Of a stretch of DNA of 36,625 nucleotides, positions 1 to 8,498 are shown one piece after another. The stretch is from Myxococcota bacterium (GTDB lineage Bacteria; Myxococcota_A; Bradymonadia; UBA7976; UBA1532), in assembly GCA_036337435.1 (NCBI GenBank), contig JAYZEG010000072.1, forward strand, positions 1-36,625. Direction: 5' to 3'. The notes under the pieces were generated by a model. That model made no database searches. It saw only the letters and a program-made list of their open reading frames with translations, and had not been told where the DNA came from. Position numbers and translations under genes: made by a program. Within the stretch, counting starts at the first letter, position 1; every line of letters begins with the position of its first letter.

Positions 1-75
1 CCTTCCGTATCTGCCGTCCAAAAAATAACACGTCAACGTTGGCTTCATGGAGCCGGCGAAACTAAGGAGGGCAAG

Positions 76-591
76 ATGCTCGACCTCAAATCTATCATCC
101 GTGATGTACCTGACTTCCCGAAACAAGGCATTTTGTTTAAAGACATTACACCGATTCTTTCAAATCCGGATGCGTTCGAGGTTGTTGTGGATGCACTCGC
201 GGGCTTGACCCGTGCTGTCGGGGCGACCCATGTTGTCGGCATCGAGTCGAGAGGGTTTATTTTAGGTACGCCTGTCGCTGTCGGCTTAGGCCTTCCATTC
301 GTTCCGGTACGAAAGCCTGGTAAACTGCCAGCCGATACAGAGCGGGTTGAGTATGAACTGGAATATGGAACCGACGCGCTGGAGATTCATAAGGACTCAC
401 TCGGCGAGGGCGCTCGTGTTGTGATCATTGACGACCTGCTCGCGACTGGCGGGACGGCGAACGCGGCATGCGAAGTGGTTGAATCCTTAGGTGCTAAAGT
501 GGCTGGCGTGCTGGTGATGATTGAATTATCATTCTTGAATGGTGTAGAAAGACTCAAGCCACATGACGTTCACAGTCTGATTCGATACTGA
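76..591 (+). CDS. apt: Adenine phosphoribosyltransferase
   Basis: N-terminal IRDVPDFPKQGILFKDITP, GIESRGF, RKPGKLP, YELEYG and PRPP-binding VVIIDDLLATGGT motifs; AAGGAGG Shine-Dalgarno just upstream. Confidence 0.97.
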   Translation: MLDLKSIIRDVPDFPKQGILFKDITPILSNPDAFEVVVDALAGLTRAVGATHVVGIESRGFILGTPVAVGLGLPFVPVRKPGKLPADTERVEYELEYGTDALEIHKDSLGEGARVVIIDDLLATGGTANAACEVVESLGAKVAGVLVMIELSFLNGVERLKPHDVHSLIRY

Positions 592-620
592 TACTAAAAC
601 GTCGTGGGCGCATCTAGTAC

Positions 621-694
621 GCCTCCATAGCTCAGGTGGATAGAGCACAGGTTTCCTAAACCTGGGGTCGCAGGTTCGAGTCCTGCTGGGGGCG
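621..694 (+). tRNA. tRNA-Arg, anticodon CCT (reads AGG); 3' CCA not encoded
   Basis: Cloverleaf read by eye: acceptor GCCTCCA/TGGGGGC, D arm GCTC-AGGTGGATA-GAGC, anticodon arm CAGGT-TTCCTAA-ACCTG, T arm GCAGG-TTCGAGT-CCTGC, discriminator G694 followed by CGT rather than CCA. Confidence 0.96.
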
Positions 695-711
695 CGTTTT
701 CTAGACAAGCT

Positions 712-1422
712 TCATTCGATAGACGCAACACTTTTACCGACGGCATCTCGCACATACCTCAGGACGACAGATATGGCTGAGTTGTTGAGCAGGAAATGAC
801 TCAGCTGACTTCGGTTGGGTGTGCGCCCCTGATTGTAAAATAACAATGAACCAACATAGATTGATCGTTGATCAGCCTCTCCATGAAGGCCGGGGATATC
901 ATCTTCAGGATCAGCTTGGCTCAGAGCAAGACCAAGCCCTTCGAGGCAGTATTCCGCTGGCATAAGCGAACGGTCGGCCTTTTCTAAGTTTCCGCTATGG
1001 TAGAAAGATAGCTTTAATGGGTCTTCTGACTCTTTTTTAATTGTGGTTTCTATATTTTTACTATTGCTGAAACCAACATATAGATGTGGTGCGAGTGCTT
1101 GCGACGCACTGGGGAATTCTTTTGCGATGTGTGTGACCAGCTCTGGTAATCCTGATGGCTGCTTGTGCATCTGCTGAAACACCCAATAGCGGCCAGGATA
1201 GATTTGGAACGGCTCAATAAGGCCTTCGAATGGGGTAAAGCTGTACGCGAACCAGGGGATTGACTTCTGCCGTTTGGCGGACGTCACCACCGGCCGATGA
1301 AGTATTTGAACATCCTTTATTTCCTTAATCAGCGCATGCGGGGTGCAGACAAGGCTATCGGCTAAGGCCTTATTCGCCAGCTGCTCCCGCACGCTACTGG
1401 CGATTTCTCGCAGTGGTCGCAT
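712..1422 (-). CDS. Hypothetical cytoplasmic protein (236 aa), no recognisable family
   Basis: Only long ORF in the interval; ATG start with strong SD (AGGGAGGA, minus strand ~1427-1434) and a candidate sigma70 promoter upstream. Confidence 0.75.
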   Translation of the reverse strand: MRPLREIASSVREQLANKALADSLVCTPHALIKEIKDVQILHRPVVTSAKRQKSIPWFAYSFTPFEGLIEPFQIYPGRYWVFQQMHKQPSGLPELVTHIAKEFPSASQALAPHLYVGFSNSKNIETTIKKESEDPLKLSFYHSGNLEKADRSLMPAEYCLEGLGLALSQADPEDDIPGLHGEADQRSIYVGSLLFYNQGRTPNRSQLSHFLLNNSAISVVLRYVRDAVGKSVASIE

Positions 1423-1486
1423 GCTATTCCTCCCTATAAGATAATAGGCGCAAAAGGACCCAATCTTCGGTAGCCTATCTTAGACA

Positions 1487-1516
1487 ATCATGACCCAGAC
1501 TGAGTTGAGCTGTCAA
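1487..1516 (-). promoter_or_regulatory. Candidate sigma70-type promoter for the 236-aa ORF
   Basis: Minus strand reads TTGACA (1516-1511), 18-nt spacer, CATGAT (1492-1487): perfect -35, imperfect -10. Confidence 0.4.
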
Positions 1517-1564
1517 ATGGTGCTGGCGGATGTTGGGGTAATTTAACTGTTTTAGGACTTCTTT

Positions 1565-3319
1565 TTAGCCATCACTTGGTTCGACAGCCTTTTCATCCCT
1601 GTCTAGACGGCCCTCGAAACCTCGTTCAGGGTTATTGACATCCTGTTCGCCAGTCAGTGGCTGGAGACGCTCCCCCTCGCTGGCAGCCATGACTGAAGTG
1701 ACAGCGAGGTCACCCGTCACGTTAACAGCAGTCCTAAACATGTCGAGCAAGCGGTCCATACCGAGAATCAGCGCAATTCCGACTTGTGGAATCCCCGTAG
1801 CAGTGAGCACCATGGCGAGGGTGACCATGCCAGCCCCGGGCACTCCGGCTGCGCCGATGGACGCCATTGTTGCCGTCAATACGATGGTCAACTGATCTGC
1901 GAGTGACAGGTCCATCCCAAAAACCTGAGCAATAAAGATCGCTGCGACACCCTGATACAGCGCAGTGCCGTCCATATTCACGGTTGATCCAAGGGGAAGT
2001 ACGAAGCTAGACACTGAATTGCTGATGCCGAGGTTTTCTTCGGCACACTCCATTGAAACCGGTAGGGTTGCGGAGGACGAGGATGTTGAGAACGCAATCA
2101 GTTGCGCTGGACGTATCGCGCGTAGAAATTGGGACAGCTTGAGCTTCGCGACTGTAACGACGAGACCGCCGTACACTAAGGCTGCATGGAGGAAAAGCCC
2201 AAGGAGGACAGCACCTGCATAGACCCCAAGGGCGATCAACAAACTGGCACCGCTGCTTCCAATGACGTCCGCTACGAGGGCAGCGACGCCAAATGGGGCA
2301 ATCGACATGACCATGTGAATGATCAGAACCATCGCCTCCTGAACGCGGTCAAAGAAGGTGACGATGATCTCTGCTTTACCATCGCCCATGAGAGTCAGCG
2401 CGATCCCGAATATGACAGCGGAAAAGATGATCTGGAGCATATCACCGCTGGCCAGCGAATTGACTGGATTCAGGGGGACGATGTTTAAGATATTTTCCAT
2501 TGTTGAGGGCGCAGCAGCGGCCGCACTGGCCTTACTCCCGGCCGCTGCCTGGAACTGGGCAACCAAAGCAGCTTGATCGCTTTCACTGATGAAGCTGCCT
2601 GGGTTGACGACATGGGCGCATAAAAGCCCGATGCTGACGGCGACTGCAGTTGTGAAAAAATAAAGCCCGAGGGTTTTACCGCCGAGTCGACCGAGCTTCC
2701 TCACATCACCAAGGCTTGCGATTCCGACCAAAAGGGATGCGAACACAAGGGGTACGATGACCATTTTGATCAGTCGCATGAACAGATCCCCAATGGGCTT
2801 CAAGTACGAAATAACTTGCGTGCCCAGGTGGCTCACGGGAATGGGTGTTGTCTGAACCAGACCCTTTAGCGGAATTTGTTTGAGTTTAAGCCAAGCCGTG
2901 ATCACCATGCCCGGCTTCGGCTTCTCGAACGCATCCTCGCCGTCCGTTTTTTTACTCTTCGGCTCCAGAAAGCCTGCCTTCGTTAAAGCGGCTCCCAGCC
3001 GATTGTCTTTATCAACCAAGAGCAGATGCTTAGTGACTTTGAATGTCCCCTTGACCCAGCTTTTGACCTCATGGTTATTGCCGTCAAGATCTTTCGCCTG
3101 GCCCTTTTTGCTTTCACCGGTTGCGATGAATTCGATGGCGACATTGGGTAAGGGAAGGTCGTCTGCGAAATCCCCATCTTTCGACAGTTTAAGCACATGG
3201 TCAGACGCCTGCTTCAGAGGATAAAGATCGTGTTCGAGCAGACTTGATTTGGGACCGACTGTGAGTCCGAGTGTTACGCCGACCGCCATGCCGATCAGGA
3301 TTTTAGTGTAAATCTTCAA
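1565..3319 (-). CDS. Dicarboxylate/amino acid:cation (DAACS/SDF) symporter, probably Na+-coupled glutamate/aspartate, with a large extra loop domain
   Basis: FSTSSSSATLP (HP1), GSTVNMDGTALY (TM7), ASIGAAGVPG (HP2), DRLLDMFRTAVNVTGD (TM8). NMDGT plus the TM8 Asp/Arg/Asp pattern match GltPh-like Na+-coupled acidic-substrate transporters. TTG start after a G-rich SD. Confidence 0.93.
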   Translation of the reverse strand: MKIYTKILIGMAVGVTLGLTVGPKSSLLEHDLYPLKQASDHVLKLSKDGDFADDLPLPNVAIEFIATGESKKGQAKDLDGNNHEVKSWVKGTFKVTKHLLLVDKDNRLGAALTKAGFLEPKSKKTDGEDAFEKPKPGMVITAWLKLKQIPLKGLVQTTPIPVSHLGTQVISYLKPIGDLFMRLIKMVIVPLVFASLLVGIASLGDVRKLGRLGGKTLGLYFFTTAVAVSIGLLCAHVVNPGSFISESDQAALVAQFQAAAGSKASAAAAAPSTMENILNIVPLNPVNSLASGDMLQIIFSAVIFGIALTLMGDGKAEIIVTFFDRVQEAMVLIIHMVMSIAPFGVAALVADVIGSSGASLLIALGVYAGAVLLGLFLHAALVYGGLVVTVAKLKLSQFLRAIRPAQLIAFSTSSSSATLPVSMECAEENLGISNSVSSFVLPLGSTVNMDGTALYQGVAAIFIAQVFGMDLSLADQLTIVLTATMASIGAAGVPGAGMVTLAMVLTATGIPQVGIALILGMDRLLDMFRTAVNVTGDLAVTSVMAASEGERLQPLTGEQDVNNPERGFEGRLDRDEKAVEPSDG

Positions 3320-3467
3320 ATGTCCCCCCCGCGCATACTAGGCGGTACTGACCCCCGTTCAACGAATCGACAAAAAATAACCGGTCCCAAAATTATGCAT
3401 GGAACCTAGACTGGGAGACTATATCGGCTGCTTCAAAAATGAAACCCAGTGACTGCGTCCTTAATCG

Positions 3468-6380
3468 CTATCGACTAAAAATGATCATGTTTTGTGACCA
3501 AGCTTTCCAACGACTTTGAGCAACGTCATTATAGGTGAAATCGTCAAAGTCCAGGTCCGCACCTTCGATCAAGAAGGGGAGAACACTTAGAAACATGACG
3601 CCTTGGCCTAAGCCGGCACCTCCGGCCGCTTCAGGAAGTTCGGGCATGATGAATTGGGTTGTCAGGCTGGGTGTAATGTATCTCCAGAGTGGTTTTGGGG
3701 GGCCTAATGCCGGCTCCTCGACTAAGATCAAGTTCCCAGATGGCGGGGTGATCGGCCCCTCGAAACCATCATGTACGCCCCACGTCACTTCTTGGCCAGC
3801 ACCGAGCTGGCCGCCGCGCAGCGGATCGATCATAAAGGTTGAGCCGACAAACGGGGTAATTAAAAGCCCGGCCTCGACATCTCGAGTCTCCTCTATGGAT
3901 ACCGCCATGGGTAAATTATCTTCTGTGGCACTGTATGCGATGCCGATGATGTAATACGTGATGTCTGCATCCCAACCATCGAGTCTGGGCATACGGCGCA
4001 TCGATAGGTTCGGGTCGAGTCCGACAGCTTGGGTATCGAGCTCCCAAAATCCTTCAGGGCCAAAATTCAGTCGTGGTAAGGCACCATAGAATTGAGGGCC
4101 AGGATCGGCCCCGGCCGGTGGGTTATCTAGATCAACTGGGAAAGTGAGGTCTAAGGGATGGTCGATTTGAACATCGAGCTCTTCGATAATATCGCCCGGG
4201 CTGCCTGCGATAAATCGTCTGATGCCCATCGCCATTGGATTGAAGGAACGGCGCATCGTCCAATAGTCTATGACGCCGTCTTGATAATCTTTGAGAGCAT
4301 CCCGAGCGAGCTCGCCTGCAGTTGCGACGATCGCAAGTTCTCCAGGCCTGGCAATGATATCGAAAGGGCCGTCTTCAAGGAGTAAGCCGCCGGGGCCCGG
4401 AGGTGGTAAACGACTCCGATTGTAAGGCGACGAATGTGTTGTCTCGATGACAATTACATTTATATAGACCTCATTTACAGGTTTCGGCAAAACGTCCAAA
4501 CCGGTGGCAATTCCACGGAGAGTGACAGCGGGCACAGGAGGGGGCGGATCACCCTCACCGTCATTGGGAAATAAGATGATGGTGACATTTTCTACATCGA
4601 TATCTTCGATGGTTGTGGCCTCGAAGCCTTCTTTCGCTGCAGTGACATTAATAGGGCCGCTCAGGTCAGGATCGGATAAGGTTAGTTGTCCGTTATCGTT
4701 GGTCAGACCATCGATTCGAAAGCCTGTGTCCTCGTTCACGGCAACAACCGCAACGTCTTCCATTCTTTGGCCGTTGCCACCATGGATCACCGTCACGTTG
4801 ACCGTATTGGCAATTGGATTACCCCATACACCTCCGAAGTCAGCGGCCGGCTCAAAATAGGAAAATCCGCCGGGTAAAACAGATCGGGAAAAGTCGGTGG
4901 AGACAATGACATCGACAGGACCCGGGGTGTTTGGCGGTGTCACCGCCAAGATAGTGGTGTCATTCAAAACCTGATAATCTTCGAGTGCGATCTCACCGAG
5001 AAACACAGTGTTGTCAGGGCTAAAACCACTCCCTGTAATCGTGATTTGAGTTCCACCAGCGACCGAACCATTATCTGGCAAAACGGCGATTAACTCCAAA
5101 CGCTGAAAATACGTGTAGCCATTGGGGACAACCACATTCATCCCATCGGTGCTAACATCTACGGGCACGTTTCCCTCAACGCCTGGGGGCGCAGTACACC
5201 GGAGTCGGTTTGGGTCGACCAGTTCGCATTCGATTGAGCGGCCATCGAATTGGACCGTTGTCGTCTCATTGAAGCCATTCCCTGCGACCCAAACTTCACC
5301 GCCTCCCTCAAGCGGGCCTCGATCGGGGGCGAGTCCTGCAACCTGGAAATTGTTTGCAAGGTCATCGAAGTAAACGTAGGCCGAGTTCAGCTCTCTGGTC
5401 CCATTATCGTTTTCAATTGTGACTGTGACTGCCCCAGCTGCGGCACCTCTTGGGGCGTTAAGAGCCAGATTCGTTCGTTCGTCATTGGCCCCCAAAACCT
5501 CAGCAGGGTTCATGCCAAAGAATACTGTAGACCGTGCAAGCAGACCCCGACCTATGAACGCCACTTGGTTGCCACCTGAGAGTGGCCCGACGGGCGGTTC
5601 AATGGCTAAGACATCTAGATCTTCATAGTAAAAAATACCCCCAGGTAGGCTGTCGCGGCCATTAAAATTGCTGACATCCACATCAGCCGGCCCCGGAATG
5701 CCTGGCGGCACGACAATTGTCAGCGATCCATCAGCCTCATTCGGTCTGACTTCAAGTGCTTCATTTCCTCCGATCCGAACACGGCTCCCATCTATCAATC
5801 CTGCTCCAAATAGCTGCACCTCGGCCCCCCCGCGCGCGGGAACACGATTTGGCATGACGCCATCAAGACTCACATCTTCGAAGTAGGTAAAGCCCTCATC
5901 CAAAGTCGCGGTCTCCCGAAGCTCACCGTTGCCTGTACGAACAACACTGACTGCCGCTAAGCCGACGGTTGAGCTCGGGGTCTGGCAGCGTAGGTGGTTC
6001 GGGCTTTCTACCGTCAATTCTCGACATTCCTGCCCTCGGATGAGGACACTGATCTCGCCCATAAAACCGTTGCCAATGAGCCTGATTTCCGTCCCGCCGG
6101 CAACTGTGCCGCGATTGGGGACCAAGGAATTGATTGACAGTTCATCCCATTCCATACCCGCATCGACAGTGCCGCTATCTCCGACGTCAACGTCGACGTT
6201 TGTATCGTTCGGGGTCCCATTCGCATCCGATGAGTCGGCCATAAATGAATCAAGAATGACCGTCGTTCCTGAATCCGCGTCGTCGGACGAATTGGGCGAG
6301 GATTGGCATCCCGCGAAAAAGAGTCCGAGTAGGACAAAGAAAAAAGCGTCATTGATTCCTTTTGGCTCGCGTTGATTCAT
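3468..6380 (-). CDS. Lipoprotein with five IPT/TIG domains, a carboxypeptidase-regulatory-like beta-sandwich and an unassigned C-terminal region
   Basis: Lipobox FFAG-C, acidic D/S/G linker, five ~85-aa repeats of pattern PxxGxxxGGxxVxxxGxGF...FxYF, then TVI..GQR..V.V..GLTNDNG..VTAAKEGF. Confidence 0.88.
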   Translation of the reverse strand: MNQREPKGINDAFFFVLLGLFFAGCQSSPNSSDDADSGTTVILDSFMADSSDANGTPNDTNVDVDVGDSGTVDAGMEWDELSINSLVPNRGTVAGGTEIRLIGNGFMGEISVLIRGQECRELTVESPNHLRCQTPSSTVGLAAVSVVRTGNGELRETATLDEGFTYFEDVSLDGVMPNRVPARGGAEVQLFGAGLIDGSRVRIGGNEALEVRPNEADGSLTIVVPPGIPGPADVDVSNFNGRDSLPGGIFYYEDLDVLAIEPPVGPLSGGNQVAFIGRGLLARSTVFFGMNPAEVLGANDERTNLALNAPRGAAAGAVTVTIENDNGTRELNSAYVYFDDLANNFQVAGLAPDRGPLEGGGEVWVAGNGFNETTTVQFDGRSIECELVDPNRLRCTAPPGVEGNVPVDVSTDGMNVVVPNGYTYFQRLELIAVLPDNGSVAGGTQITITGSGFSPDNTVFLGEIALEDYQVLNDTTILAVTPPNTPGPVDVIVSTDFSRSVLPGGFSYFEPAADFGGVWGNPIANTVNVTVIHGGNGQRMEDVAVVAVNEDTGFRIDGLTNDNGQLTLSDPDLSGPINVTAAKEGFEATTIEDIDVENVTIILFPNDGEGDPPPPVPAVTLRGIATGLDVLPKPVNEVYINVIVIETTHSSPYNRSRLPPPGPGGLLLEDGPFDIIARPGELAIVATAGELARDALKDYQDGVIDYWTMRRSFNPMAMGIRRFIAGSPGDIIEELDVQIDHPLDLTFPVDLDNPPAGADPGPQFYGALPRLNFGPEGFWELDTQAVGLDPNLSMRRMPRLDGWDADITYYIIGIAYSATEDNLPMAVSIEETRDVEAGLLITPFVGSTFMIDPLRGGQLGAGQEVTWGVHDGFEGPITPPSGNLILVEEPALGPPKPLWRYITPSLTTQFIMPELPEAAGGAGLGQGVMFLSVLPFLIEGADLDFDDFTYNDVAQSRWKAWSQNMIIFSR
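4854..6140 (-). repeat. Five tandem IPT/TIG-like protein repeats
   Basis: Repeat heads PNRGTVAGG, PNRVPARGG, PPVGPLSGG, PDRGPLEGG, PDNGSVAGG; tails FTYF, IFYY, YVYF, YTYF, FSYF. Confidence 0.85.
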
Positions 6381-8365
6381 CTCGCTTCCCCTGTTTCACT
6401 GTCGACGACGTCTAAATTTAGCCCACCAGGATAGCCGTAGGATACGTACTGGTCATAGCCGTAGACAATTACCGAAATGGGTTGGTCTGCATCAAGGAAA
6501 TGGACACCGTCACCGATTTGAAACCGGGCAACCCGCCATTCAGAACCATCACCAACCGGCTCCCATCCGTCCATGATAGGGATATCGTCAAAGAATACAT
6601 TGCTATCGACGGGGGCCGTGACACTGACGTAGTCAAATTGGTACTTGTCAGGTGCTAAAAAGACAAAATCTGGACGAAATTGTTCAACGGGGACGGCCAA
6701 GATAAAGGCTGGGTCGCCTGTGGCTGCGTCACCTGGCTCAAGCCGATTTCGACGGTTCGGGTTTGGTGCATGTTCGCTCGCAAGAAATTGGCCGACCATG
6801 ACCGGCTTGTCACTGATGATTTCGAAATGCTCTCGGCTACCGAATTCAAACCACTCACCCGCATTAAGAGTTGGAACCACCGTTTGAGGCGGCACCGTTT
6901 CAATTTTTGTGTCATCCTCCGCGGCGATGATTCGCCAGTAATCTCGTTCATTCCCGCGGTCATACGACTTGGTGGCAAGATAACGTCGACCCCAGGTCTT
7001 GACTGGAAAAAGTTGCTGTTCCAAGTGGTCCGCGCAACACGTGTTGAGGCCGGCACGGTTACAATCGTAATTATCTCGGCAGGGGACATCCCGGTCGGAT
7101 TCACAAACGCCCATATTGTCGACCGGATCGATATCAACGCAGTGATTGGTATTGGGTACGTTGGCGGCTTCACTGCCCGCAAATACAACGACGGGCTGAC
7201 TGGATTCGATCAGAGAGCCGGTCAGGTCGGCCCCCGGCCCACCCGTTTTGATATTCAAAACATCGTATTGGTTCAACACGGCTTCGAATTGGTCGCCTGG
7301 TTCCATTGCTGGTATGCCGCCCACGCCGCCCTGCGTACGCGCTGTGACCGTGACGTTGACTGTGGTGGGCTCAGCATTGATGGCTACAACCGTCAGGAAT
7401 CCTCGCAGTTGCGCGAAGCTTTGCTCCCTCGTCATCACAAAATAGCGCTGTCCGAGAACATGGCTGGGTAGTAGAAGCGACGCATCGTTGCTAAAAACCT
7501 CTTCATTTTCCAGTGGATTGAACTGGTATGCGACAATTGGAATGCTGCTTCTGATCCGATATGCCAGTGGCGTGATGCTGGTTTGGTTGATATCACGGTG
7601 AGGCAGGTTAAAGACGTGTAGCCCAAGCGGCGGAACCAGTGTATCAGCAACGGTCTCCTCGTTGTTGGTGACTGTCACTTGGGCTGTGAAAGACGGGTGT
7701 GGGTTCGAGACGACCACAGCGTAGGGCGCACGCTCCGCGTTGAGGAACCCATCACCCCCTGGCACCAGCGCATTGTCAAGGTCAGCGGCCCAGTAATCGC
7801 AGCCGATATTCGTTTTGACCTTCTCGTTGATGCGACAAAGCGGGACGCATTCCCCCTGATCACATTGCCGACCTGTGCGGTCTCCGTCACATCGCTCAAC
7901 AATGGTGAATTGTGTTCCATCGGCTGTGCATTCGACAATGGTCTGCGGGCCGTTGCACGTCCGTTCGCCAGCGACACAAATGACATCATCACAGGTCGCT
8001 GCCCCCCTCATTTCTCTGCATTCTCCCATTTCGCAGGCTGTCGTTTCCCAGGCGAGACCATCTTGGCGGCAGACTTCTAACGTCTCAGCATCAACGCACC
8101 GGCTGGTCGCTGGCTCGCAAATTTGTTGAACGCAGCGGCCATCAGAGCATGTCAGGCCATCTGGGCACACATCAGCCGGTGTCGCATCACCGATTTCGCA
8201 GGGCATTGCCATCGCGTCAGACGGAGTCCCACCGTCCGAGTTAATTACGTCGGACCGTACTGCTGCATCGCTCACCTGCTCAGTCGTATTAGGAGACTCG
8301 CTGCAGCCCATGGACACCATGAGGCTCATTATCAGGATAATTTTGAATTGTTGCTTGGGCATCAT
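6377..8365 (-). CDS. Lipoprotein with Cys-rich N-terminal repeats and an IgGFc-binding-protein N-terminal-type domain
   Basis: Lipobox VSMG-C; Cys-rich segment; motifs IGCDYWAADLDN, AYQFNPL, SNDASLLLP, DHLEQQLFP..TWG..Y, GDP, YGYDQYVSYGYPGG typical of bacterial IgGFc_binding proteins. Its stop overlaps the start of the IPT gene (ATGA). Confidence 0.85.
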   Translation of the reverse strand: MMPKQQFKIILIMSLMVSMGCSESPNTTEQVSDAAVRSDVINSDGGTPSDAMAMPCEIGDATPADVCPDGLTCSDGRCVQQICEPATSRCVDAETLEVCRQDGLAWETTACEMGECREMRGAATCDDVICVAGERTCNGPQTIVECTADGTQFTIVERCDGDRTGRQCDQGECVPLCRINEKVKTNIGCDYWAADLDNALVPGGDGFLNAERAPYAVVVSNPHPSFTAQVTVTNNEETVADTLVPPLGLHVFNLPHRDINQTSITPLAYRIRSSIPIVAYQFNPLENEEVFSNDASLLLPSHVLGQRYFVMTREQSFAQLRGFLTVVAINAEPTTVNVTVTARTQGGVGGIPAMEPGDQFEAVLNQYDVLNIKTGGPGADLTGSLIESSQPVVVFAGSEAANVPNTNHCVDIDPVDNMGVCESDRDVPCRDNYDCNRAGLNTCCADHLEQQLFPVKTWGRRYLATKSYDRGNERDYWRIIAAEDDTKIETVPPQTVVPTLNAGEWFEFGSREHFEIISDKPVMVGQFLASEHAPNPNRRNRLEPGDAATGDPAFILAVPVEQFRPDFVFLAPDKYQFDYVSVTAPVDSNVFFDDIPIMDGWEPVGDGSEWRVARFQIGDGVHFLDADQPISVIVYGYDQYVSYGYPGGLNLDVVDSETGEAR

Positions 8366-8401
8366 TTCCCATAACCTTGTTTAGAATTCAGACACTCTGA
8401 G

Positions 8402-8429
8402 AGTATTCCTTTGGGTGGGGTACGGTCAA
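8402..8429 (-). promoter_or_regulatory. Candidate sigma70-type promoter for the lipoprotein pair, within a 133-bp divergent intergenic region
   Basis: Minus strand TTGACC (8429-8424), 16-nt spacer, AATACT (8407-8402). Confidence 0.3.
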
Positions 8430-8498
8430 CGCATGAAAAATTGTCGATTTTGTTTGCAGGCTGTAGCAACCTATAGCATGTGTGTTCTTAGGTGAATA

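Noticed and set aside
5183..5192. CTGGGGGCGC matches the tRNA 3' end (686-695), suggesting an attR site
   Set aside because: Only 10 bp, inside an intact CDS, and no integrase in the window; compatible with chance.
6680..7471. 263-aa + strand ORF and the many other antisense or alternate-frame ORFs in the track
   Set aside because: They lie within well-supported genes and show no motifs; typical shadow ORFs.
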